Part shown: positions 1 through 7,585 of the stretch, piece after piece
Layout of the letters: each line of letters opens with the position of its first letter
Numbering within the stretch: the first letter of the stretch is position 1
Assembly: GCA_963822965.1 (NCBI GenBank)
Contig: CAWGJT010000001.1
Location: 64,001-128,000, forward strand
Direction of reading: 5' to 3'
DNA length: 64,000 nt
DNA from: an uncultured delta proteobacterium
GTDB taxonomy: Bacteria > Myxococcota_A > UBA9160 > UBA4427
The notes under the pieces: model-generated
Databases searched by the model: none
Seen by the model: only the letters and a program-made list of their open reading frames with translations
What the model was told of the DNA's origin: nothing
Program-made: the position numbers and the translations under genes

Positions 1-580
1 GGTCCCGCGCCGCCTCGCCCAGGGCGACACCGCCGAGCACCACCGCGAAGGACAGCCCGTAGACGCCCGTCCACTGGGCCAGGCCGAGGAGGGCGGGGTT
101 CAGGTGCTGCGCGTAGCCCAGGGTCGCCCAGGGCCAGCCCGAGAGGGCCATCGAACGCAGGTGATCGAGCGCCGTCCACAGCAGGGCCGCCGTCCAGGCG
201 TTGGCCGCCTCCCGGGCGCGCAGCCAGGCCCAGCCGGCGCCGAACAGGGCGGCGAGGCAGGCGGCGTACGTGGCGAGCAGGAACGGCGCGACCACGCCCA
301 CGAGCGCGGGGGCGTGGCCGTAGTAGACCGTCACCACGTAGATGAAGTGCAGGACGGCCCCGTGTGCGAGCACGGTCCACCCGAAGGCCGCGGCCGCGGC
401 GGCACGAGGCGCCCGATCACCCAGCCCGTTCACCAGACACAGGGGCACCAGCAGGCTCGCGAGAAGGCCCAGGTCGAGCACCCGGCCCCCGGCGAACGGG
501 AGGGGATGCGGAAACGCCAGGAAGGTGGCCACCACGTAGCCGATCATCCATGCGCGGCGCGCCCGGGTCGGCGTCGTCAC
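1..580 (-). CDS. lnt: Apolipoprotein N-acyltransferase, 5' part (continues past the window start)
   Basis: Minus-strand translation from GTG at 580 (overlaps the ybeY stop) gives hydrophobic helices and WTALDHLRSMALSGWPWATLGYAQHLNP...GVYGLSF, typical of Lnt; follows phoH-ybeY as usual. Confidence 0.85.
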   Translation of the reverse strand, partial: MTTPTRARRAWMIGYVVATFLAFPHPLPFAGGRVLDLGLLASLLVPLCLVNGLGDRAPRAAAAAAFGWTVLAHGAVLHFIYVVTVYYGHAPALVGVVAPFLLATYAACLAALFGAGWAWLRAREAANAWTAALLWTALDHLRSMALSGWPWATLGYAQHLNPALLGLAQWTGVYGLSFAVVLGGVALGEAARD

Positions 581-1026
581 CGTGCCCCTCGCAACGCGCG
601 GCGCACCCGGCGCTCCTCGGCCCGCATCCGCCGGGCCTCGCCGGGCGCTTCGTGATCGTGTCCCAGCAGGTGGAGGACGCCGTGCACCAGCAGCCGCTCG
701 AGCTCGTCGGCGAGGGACCGGTGTCGTTCCCGGGCCTGGCGGGCGGCGGTGTCCACGTCGATCACGACGTCGCCGAGCAGGCGCCCCCGATGTTCCGCGG
801 CCTCGCCGGACACGAGCGAGAACGAGAGCACGTCCGTGGGGCGGTCGATTCCCCGGTAGTCTCGATTGAGCCGCTGCATCTCGTCGTCGTCGACGAGGGA
901 GAGGGAGAGCTCGGCACGGGAGTGGCCGACCGCGCGCAAGACCTGCTGCGCGCGGGCCCGCAGTGCGCCCGGGTCGACCCTCGATCCGCACGCCCCCCGC
1001 GGCGGACCACTCAGGCGAACGCTCAT
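577..1026 (-). CDS. ybeY: rRNA maturation endoribonuclease YbeY
   Basis: NRDYRGIDRPTDVLSF and HGVLHLLGHDH zinc motif; ATG at 1026 overlaps the phoH stop. Confidence 0.95.
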   Translation of the reverse strand: MSVRLSGPPRGACGSRVDPGALRARAQQVLRAVGHSRAELSLSLVDDDEMQRLNRDYRGIDRPTDVLSFSLVSGEAAEHRGRLLGDVVIDVDTAARQARERHRSLADELERLLVHGVLHLLGHDHEAPGEARRMRAEERRVRRALRGAR

Positions 1027-2051
1027 CCGGATGCTTCGCGGTCTCGGCGTTCTTCGCGGGCGGCCTCTCGCTCGCGCTTCAGCCGTCCCTCGTGCCGGTC
1101 GTAGGCGCGGATGATGGACTGGACGAGCGGATGCCGTACCACGTCCGCCTCCTCGAAGCGCTGGAACGCCACCCCTTCCACGCCCTCCAGCACGTCGATC
1201 ACCTCCAGCAGCCCGCTGCGCGCGTCCTGGGCGAGGTCGGTCTGGGTGACGTCGCCGGTGATCACGGCCTTCGAGCTGTAGCCCAGCCTCGTGAGCAGCA
1301 TCTTCATCTGCTCCGGCGTCGTGTTCTGGGCTTCGTCCAGGATGACGAACGAGTCGTTCAGGGTGCGCCCGCGCATGAAGGCGAGAGGCGCCACCTCGAT
1401 CACGCCCCGCTCGAGAAGACGCTCGACGCGTTCGAACTCCATCATGTCGTGCAGGGCGTCGTAGAGCGGCCGCATGTACGGGTTGACCTTCTCGGCCAGA
1501 TCGCCGGGAAGGAAGCCCAGGCGCTCGCCGGCCTCCACCGCCGGACGCGTGAGCACGACCCGGGACACCTCGTGCCGGTTCAGGGCCGCGATGGCCATGG
1601 CCATCGCGAGGTAGGTCTTGCCCGTGCCCGCCGGACCGACCGCGATCACCACGTCGTGCGCGCGCATCAGGTCGACGTAGTTGCGTTGGGCGAGATTCTT
1701 GGCGCGCAGCTTCCGGCGCGAGCCGACGGAGGCCAGGATGTCCTCGGTGACCTCCTGGAGGTCGACGTCCGGCACCGCCGTCACCATCCGGATCGCCTCG
1801 CGCACGTCGCGCGCGGAGACGTTCTGTCCACCCCGGAGGCACGCGTAGAGCTCCTCGAGCACCTTCCGGGCGGTGGCGACCGCCGCCTCCGGACCGACGA
1901 GGCGCACCTCGTTGCCCCGGGCGTGGGCGTCGATCCCGAGCTCCTGCTCCAGGATCCGCAGGGTGCGGTCGCCCTGGCCGTAGAGCTCCGCGGCCATGTG
2001 GTTGTCGTCGAAGACGAGACTCTGTCGGGTGCTGGCTCGGGGTTGTGCCAG
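1023..2051 (-). CDS. phoH: PhoH-family ATPase (start uncertain, 1997-2051)
   Basis: GPAGTGKT Walker [40 protein letters not shown]. Confidence 0.93.
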   Translation of the reverse strand: MAQPRASTRQSLVFDDNHMAAELYGQGDRTLRILEQELGIDAHARGNEVRLVGPEAAVATARKVLEELYACLRGGQNVSARDVREAIRMVTAVPDVDLQEVTEDILASVGSRRKLRAKNLAQRNYVDLMRAHDVVIAVGPAGTGKTYLAMAMAIAALNRHEVSRVVLTRPAVEAGERLGFLPGDLAEKVNPYMRPLYDALHDMMEFERVERLLERGVIEVAPLAFMRGRTLNDSFVILDEAQNTTPEQMKMLLTRLGYSSKAVITGDVTQTDLAQDARSGLLEVIDVLEGVEGVAFQRFEEADVVRHPLVQSIIRAYDRHEGRLKREREAAREERRDREASG

Positions 2052-2095
2052 GGGTGGCTCCGCAGCTCGGATGGCTTGGCCTGGGGGCGTTGGGC

Positions 2096-3220
2096 TCAGC
2101 GCGCCGGAGCGAGTAGCACGTAGCCGCCCCCACGCCGCGCGTAATAGTAGGGATCGCGGTCGGCGGACGTCAACGCATCCCCGTCCAGCAGACCGGTCGG
2201 ATCGTCCCCCGAGATGTCGGCGGGCCAGCTGCCCGTCAGCAGCCTTCCCGCCTCGAGGGCCTGCTGCACGCGGCGCTTCTCGAAGGCCACCCGCGCGTCC
2301 TCGAGGGGCGTGCGAACGATCGGGAACACCGTGGCGACCTCGGCCGTGGGCTGCACGTGCACGATTCCCGAGACCACACCCGCGAGCAGCGCCATGGGGA
2401 CGGACGCCGCCACCAGCCAGCGCACCCGGGACAGGATCGGCGCAAGCGACTCCTCGCTGCCGCGACGTCGCGCCCGCGCCTGCCGCTTCGAGAGGGGCGC
2501 GATGACGTTGTGGCTGTGCAGCTCGGCCAGGGCCCGGGTCGCGTCGAAGAGTCCGAGCCGCGAGAGGTCGATGATCCGCTGCGCGGTCAGCCGGCCGTCC
2601 ACCAGCCCGTAGACGCGCTCCACGGTGGGGAAACGCCGCTTGGCCTCGCCGGCGAGGTCGCGCTTGTAGAGCGTCAGGGGGCCGCTGCGCTCGAAGACCG
2701 TGTCTCCGTCCGGCACCAGGGCCGCGAAGGTCTGCCACTCGTCGACCATGCGCAGGCCGTCCATCAGGATCTGCTCGGCGGCCAGCAGCTTGTCCTCTGG
2801 GCGGTCGTGGCGGACGGGTTGGGCGGAGAAGTCGAACGAGCCCTCGGACCAGCGCAGCACGATGAAGATCGTCTCGTGGGTGACGAGCTCGTCGATCTGG
2901 CTGGCGTCCTCCGCGCTGACGTCGCCCGAGTCGACCGCGAGCGAGGCGACGGTGCGGGCCGAGCCGGTGCTCTCGGCACGCAGGGCCTCGAGCCTCGCCT
3001 GGGTGATCAGCCCGCAGCGGACCAGCCGCTCCCCCAGCACCGCGTCCTCGCCCCCCTCGACGGGGCGTCCCCAGACGACCCGGCCGGCGTCGAACGCGAG
3101 TCGCACCGTCTTGCCGCCGTGGGTGACGTCGAGCAGACCCGTCTTGCGCTGCTGGCCGATGAGCTGGAAGACCTCGGCGATCCCGAAGTCCTGCAGGTTG
3201 CCGCGCAGAGCGACCGACAT
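2096..3220 (-). CDS. DUF4388 (PATAN-like) domain membrane protein
   Basis: N-terminal ALRGNLQDFGIAEVFQLIGQQRKTGLL...W-G-F-F pattern; ILMDGLRMVDEW; one TM helix and a short C-terminal exported domain. Confidence 0.8.
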   Translation of the reverse strand: MSVALRGNLQDFGIAEVFQLIGQQRKTGLLDVTHGGKTVRLAFDAGRVVWGRPVEGGEDAVLGERLVRCGLITQARLEALRAESTGSARTVASLAVDSGDVSAEDASQIDELVTHETIFIVLRWSEGSFDFSAQPVRHDRPEDKLLAAEQILMDGLRMVDEWQTFAALVPDGDTVFERSGPLTLYKRDLAGEAKRRFPTVERVYGLVDGRLTAQRIIDLSRLGLFDATRALAELHSHNVIAPLSKRQARARRRGSEESLAPILSRVRWLVAASVPMALLAGVVSGIVHVQPTAEVATVFPIVRTPLEDARVAFEKRRVQQALEAGRLLTGSWPADISGDDPTGLLDGDALTSADRDPYYYARRGGGYVLLAPAR

Positions 3221-5139
3221 CAGAGGTTCCTCCGGATCAGGAGCCCGACGAAGACCACGAGCGCGTAGCCGACCAGCGAGCACGCTCCCGCCACCGCGAA
3301 GAGCAGCGGGCCCGCGCCTCCGATCGCGAGGGGGTCGACGACCACGCCGTCCCGACACAGATACAGGATCGCCGCCCACGAGAAGAAGAAGAGGCCGAGG
3401 AAGGAGAGATCGGGACGCCGCGCCAGCAGGCCGCCGACTCCGGGCACGAGGAGCGAGGCGGCGACCGCCATCTTCCCGATGCGGGACTCCCGCTTCTTCA
3501 GCTGCGACAGCCGCGCCATGCGCATGCGCGGGTCGGTCGTCTCGGGTCGGTGGAAGAGGTGGTGGCAGCCGTCGCAGATCTGGCTGTTCCACACCGTGCC
3601 GTCGCAGCGGTTGCAGATGCGACGCCCGCAACGGCGGCAGCTGCTCGAGTGCTCCCAGCGCCCGCCGAAGAGGAGGCCGAGCAGTGCCGCGGCGCCGAAG
3701 CCCCCCGCCGTCCAGGTCCAGTCGCGTCCCAGCCGGCCCGGCATGACGGCGCTCGAGACGGGGTCGACGAAGCGATCCCCGCCCGCGCTCTGGATCATGC
3801 GATCGCGGATGGGACCCAGCGGAAAGGCCGGGTCGGCGACGAAGTCGGGGGCGGCCGTGCGCGACAGGTCCGCCACCACGTCGGGATCGACGACCTGCGC
3901 CTGGGCCATCGCCCCTTCGAACTCCTCCATCTGGAACGAACGGGCGTACACCTGGGAGAGATTGAAGAGGACCGTGGCGGAGCGAACCAGGGAGGCCGCA
4001 CGCTCGCCCAGCTCGATGGAGCGCTCGTTCTCGTCGCGCTCGAAGTGCATGTTCGAGAGCACCGCCAGCACGACCGGGTCGGACGGCCTCTCCTTGTGGA
4101 GCTGCTCGTAGCGCGCCATGGCCGCGTCGGCGTCGCCCGCCCGCCGCTCGTGGAGGGCCAGCGCGGCGGACGCCAGCCAGTCGTCGTCCGCGTGCTGCAG
4201 GATGTCGAGGTCCGAGGGCGAGGTCATGCTGCGCACGACGGCGTACGCCGCGGAGGCGACGGGATCCGAGTCGAGTGCGGTGAGCGCCATGCCCGCCAGG
4301 CGCGTCACCGGATAGAGACCCAGCAGGAGCATCACCGCGGCCAGGGCCAGCGCCCGGCGGTAGCCCCGCTCGCGGTACGCGAAGCCCAGCAGGAAGAAGC
4401 CCAGCACGAGACCCAGGAAGGCTTCCCCGAGCAGCACCGGCACGAGCAGCAGGGAGGCGAGCAGCGCCGCGCGCGCGAACTCCGGCATCTGCTTCGAGAA
4501 GAGATCGCCCAGGTCGTGGGACGCTCGGTGGAAGCAGCCCGCACCCACCCAGAGGATGAAGGCGAACGACCCGAGGGTCAGGACCGCCGCGAACATGGCG
4601 AGCAGCGAGCCGACCAGCCAGAGCGTGGCCTCGAGATTGTTCGGAATCGCCCGCACGCCCGCGACCACCTCGCGGCCGGCGTCGAGGTACTGCCCGTTCC
4701 GCCGCAGGGCGTTCGCGAGCCGCATCCGCGCCAGCGGCAGGTCCGGCGCCATGCGCACGGCGAGCCGGGCGTTGGCGAGCCGGACGTCCTCGCTCCCGGG
4801 TGCCGCCAGCAGGGCTCGCGCGGCCGCTTCGTAGTTCGTGGCGCCGAGCCGGAGCGCCTGGGTACGCGCCTGCAGGGCGCGGCTCGAGAGATTCTCACCG
4901 CCGGCGAACCAGGCGCGCTCGACCTCGGATCGATAGCCGTCCTGACGAACGGCGACCGGGGGCAGGCCCGCGTCCGGGGACGCTTCGACCGGCGCGGCGA
5001 CGGCGACGCTCGCATCCCCGGCGCCGGGCGGCTCCTGGGCGGGCGCGGCTCCCGCCAGCACCATTGGCAGCGCGAGGAGGATCGGGAACGCCAGCGTTCC
5101 CGGACGCCGGAGAGGTCCTGCGAACACGAGCCGGGCCAT
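3220..5139 (-). CDS. TPR-containing multi-pass membrane protein with Cys-rich zinc ribbon
   Basis: Signal-like N-terminus, helical TPR-like repeats, several TM segments, CRRCGRRICNRC...ICDGCHH. Confidence 0.7.
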   Translation of the reverse strand: MARLVFAGPLRRPGTLAFPILLALPMVLAGAAPAQEPPGAGDASVAVAAPVEASPDAGLPPVAVRQDGYRSEVERAWFAGGENLSSRALQARTQALRLGATNYEAAARALLAAPGSEDVRLANARLAVRMAPDLPLARMRLANALRRNGQYLDAGREVVAGVRAIPNNLEATLWLVGSLLAMFAAVLTLGSFAFILWVGAGCFHRASHDLGDLFSKQMPEFARAALLASLLLVPVLLGEAFLGLVLGFFLLGFAYRERGYRRALALAAVMLLLGLYPVTRLAGMALTALDSDPVASAAYAVVRSMTSPSDLDILQHADDDWLASAALALHERRAGDADAAMARYEQLHKERPSDPVVLAVLSNMHFERDENERSIELGERAASLVRSATVLFNLSQVYARSFQMEEFEGAMAQAQVVDPDVVADLSRTAAPDFVADPAFPLGPIRDRMIQSAGGDRFVDPVSSAVMPGRLGRDWTWTAGGFGAAALLGLLFGGRWEHSSSCRRCGRRICNRCDGTVWNSQICDGCHHLFHRPETTDPRMRMARLSQLKKRESRIGKMAVAASLLVPGVGGLLARRPDLSFLGLFFFSWAAILYLCRDGVVVDPLAIGGAGPLLFAVAGACSLVGYALVVFVGLLIRRNL

Positions 5140-5378
5140 GCTTCGAGCTGCTTCCAAGGTCGAGATCCCCTGCCTGACGCGCACCCCCGGCCCCTCGCGA
5201 GGGAGGCGCGTGCAGCGCGTATCGGCGCACCGGCCCCGGCGCTGAAACACCCGGGGGGAAGCGCCGCGTGGAAGTCGGGGGACCTCGAGGCGGGGATCGG
5301 GCCGCTGGCCCCCGTGAGAATGGAGGCTAGACTCCGCCGCCCTGCCCGACCGTTCGGGCCGAACCACGGAGTTCCGCC

Positions 5379-5648
5379 TTGGCCAATCACAAGTCCGCGG
5401 AGAAGCGCATCCGCCAGTCCGAGAAGCGCCGGGTGCACAACAAGAGCATCCGGACCGCCATGCGCACCGTCGTGAAGACCTGCCGCACGGCCCTCGAGTC
5501 CGACGACGCGGAGGCCGCGCGCGAGAAGTTTCGCGCCGCCGAGCGCTCCCTGCAGCAGGCCGCGAGCAAGGGAATCATCCCCAAGGCCCGCGCCGACCGG
5601 ACCGTGAGCCGCCTCGCGAAGCGCCTGCACAGCCTGGGCTCGCAGTAG
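5379..5648 (+). CDS. rpsT: 30S ribosomal protein S20
   Basis: ANHKSAEKRIRQSEKRRVHNKS...AASKGIIPK; convergent with holA. Confidence 0.97.
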   Translation: MANHKSAEKRIRQSEKRRVHNKSIRTAMRTVVKTCRTALESDDAEAAREKFRAAERSLQQAASKGIIPKARADRTVSRLAKRLHSLGSQ

Positions 5649-5713
5649 GCAGGCCCCGCGCGACGGCTCCCAGGCCGCCGCCGACCCCCGATCCGGGGCC
5701 CGCCGGGTCCGCT

Positions 5714-6691
5714 TCAGATCGAGAGACCCAGCACCAGCCGCTCGATCGCCATCTCCGGCCGCATGCTGGATGCGCCCTTCAGGGCGGTGTCCGCTTCGTG
5801 GATGGCGTGCAGGCACGCCATCAGCCGACCCGGCGGATAGCGGCGCGCCTGGCTCTCGAGCTTGCGCACGACGAAGGGCGGCCCGGGGACACGCCCCCCC
5901 GAGCCCAGCCTCAGCAGCTTGCGGAAGTGGGCGGCCAGGGTTCCCAGCACCACCGGGGCGGGTGCCCCGCCATCCAGCATGCGCCCGAGCAGCGCCAGCG
6001 CGTCCGCCGTGCGGCCTTCTCCGATGGCGTCGGTGAGGTCCCAGATCGGCTCCTCCGCGACGTGACCCGTCGACGCCTCCACGTGCGCGAGCTGGATCTT
6101 CGAGCCCTCGCCGCCCAGCAGCGCGGCCTTCGCGATCTCCTGCCGCAGCAGCAGGAGCTGGGGCCCCACCCGCTCGCACAGCAGCTCGGCGACGCCCCGC
6201 TCGAGCGACAGTCCCTGACGCTTCGCCTCGGCCCGAACGAAGGCCGCCAGCGCCCTGCCCTTGCTCGGCGCGGTGCAGTCGACCGTCGCGGCCGGGTCGG
6301 AGAAGGCCTTCACCCAGCGCTGGCGCTTGTCGGCCTTCCCGGCGATCACGACGAGAACGGTCTGGTCCTGGCCGAGCACCTCGGGCACCAGCTCCGCCAG
6401 CCCGTCGGTCAGCGCGCGCGCGGAGCCGCGCCGGGCCTCGGGCTCGCGCAACACGACGAGCCGCCGCGGGGACATCATCGGTAGGGCGGCGACGGCGTCG
6501 CGCACGACGGCCGGGGTCGCCGCGTCTCCACTCAGTCGGTCGAGATTGAAGTCTTCCGGGCCCTGGGCGAGCACCGCCCGCCGCAGGGCCGCCAGGGCGT
6601 CGTCGCGCAGCAGGGCCTCCTCCCCCGCCAGCAGGTAGGCCGGCCGGATGCGGCCGGCCTCGAGCTCGGCGCCGAGCTCTTCGAGATTCAC
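5714..6691 (-). CDS. holA: DNA polymerase III delta subunit
   Basis: PAYLLAGEE, FNLDRLSG, LPMMSPRRLVVL, EIAKAAL, IWDLTDAI, EADTALKG; lptE-holA-rpsT synteny. Confidence 0.92.
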   Translation of the reverse strand: MNLEELGAELEAGRIRPAYLLAGEEALLRDDALAALRRAVLAQGPEDFNLDRLSGDAATPAVVRDAVAALPMMSPRRLVVLREPEARRGSARALTDGLAELVPEVLGQDQTVLVVIAGKADKRQRWVKAFSDPAATVDCTAPSKGRALAAFVRAEAKRQGLSLERGVAELLCERVGPQLLLLRQEIAKAALLGGEGSKIQLAHVEASTGHVAEEPIWDLTDAIGEGRTADALALLGRMLDGGAPAPVVLGTLAAHFRKLLRLGSGGRVPGPPFVVRKLESQARRYPPGRLMACLHAIHEADTALKGASSMRPEMAIERLVLGLSI

Positions 6692-7344
6692 GAGGCGCCT
6701 CCGCTCGCCTCGCCCGCAGCGGGTTGCGCCCCTTCCGCTTCGCGCTCCGCGAGCTGCAGACCGATCGCATCGTGGATGCGTCCCGCCAGCACGTCGGCGA
6801 TGCGCCGCAGCGCCTCCAGGCGGTTCTTGCGCGCCGCCTCGGCGTCGGCGCTGGCGAGGTACAGCTCGGACTCCTTGAGCGCGGCGGAGTCGATGCGCAG
6901 GGCCCGACCGGCGCCGTCGGTCACGTCGAGCGCCAGGCTGAGCTCCACCCGGTACTCGAGGGCGAGGGCCACCGTGTCGAAGCTCTCGGGCTGCGTGGTG
7001 AGCGGCAGCACGCGTCCCCGGATCACCCAGTCCGCCGCGGCCGGATCGGCCACGAGGCGCGGCGCGGGGCGACGCAGGAACTCCTCGCGCAGTGCCCGCG
7101 TCACGGTCAGCTCGACGCCCGGCTCGACGGAGTCGTTCGCGAGGGTGACCACCGAGATCCGGAGGTCGCCGGCGTCCGAGGGGCGAAGCAGGCGATAGCC
7201 ACACCCCTGCGCGACGAGCGCACAGCCCACCACCGCGAGAGCGAGGGCGCGGCCGAAGCCGAGCACGACGCAGCGGCCGAAGCCGAGCACGACGCAGCGG
7301 CCGAAGCCGACGCGCTCTGGATGCAACGACGCGAAGCGGGGCAC
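6688..7344 (-). CDS. lptE: LPS assembly lipoprotein LptE
   Basis: Lipobox AQG|CGY; NDSVEPGVELTVTRALREEF; directly upstream of holA; start approximate. Confidence 0.8.
   Translation of the reverse strand: MPRFASLHPERVGFGRCVVLGFGRCVVLGFGRALALAVVGCALVAQGCGYRLLRPSDAGDLRISVVTLANDSVEPGVELTVTRALREEFLRRPAPRLVADPAAADWVIRGRVLPLTTQPESFDTVALALEYRVELSLALDVTDGAGRALRIDSAALKESELYLASADAEAARKNRLEALRRIADVLAGRIHDAIGLQLAEREAEGAQPAAGEASGGAS
7249..7310. repeat. 24-bp tandem repeat, about 2.5 copies, in the LptE signal region
   Basis: GCGGCCGAAGCCGAGCACGACGCA repeated; encodes GFGRCVVL units. Confidence 0.9.
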
Positions 7345-7464
7345 GAGCGAGATATAGCACCCGCGACGGCGCGCACGGAAGGCGCAGCACGCCGGAAGCG
7401 CGCGGAGCGACGCACTGGGGCTAGAGGCCCGGCCGGAAAGCGCGACCTGCATTCGAGCGCTCCC

Positions 7465-7542
7465 GCGGCGCCCTGGCTGCGTTCCGCTCCCGTCGCCGTA
7501 GCTTCGGCTACGCCTCGGTCGCGCGCCTTGCCAGGACGCCGC
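7465..7542. repeat. Intergenic nested inverted repeat (REP/MITE-like hairpin element)
   Basis: Outer arms GCGGCGCCCTGGC (7465-7477) / GCCAGGACGCCGC (7530-7542); inner hairpin CGTAGC-TTCG-GCTACG (7497-7512). Confidence 0.65.
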
Positions 7543-7585
7543 AGATCACGCTCTCGGTGCCGCGGTACACTTTCCGGCCGGGCCT

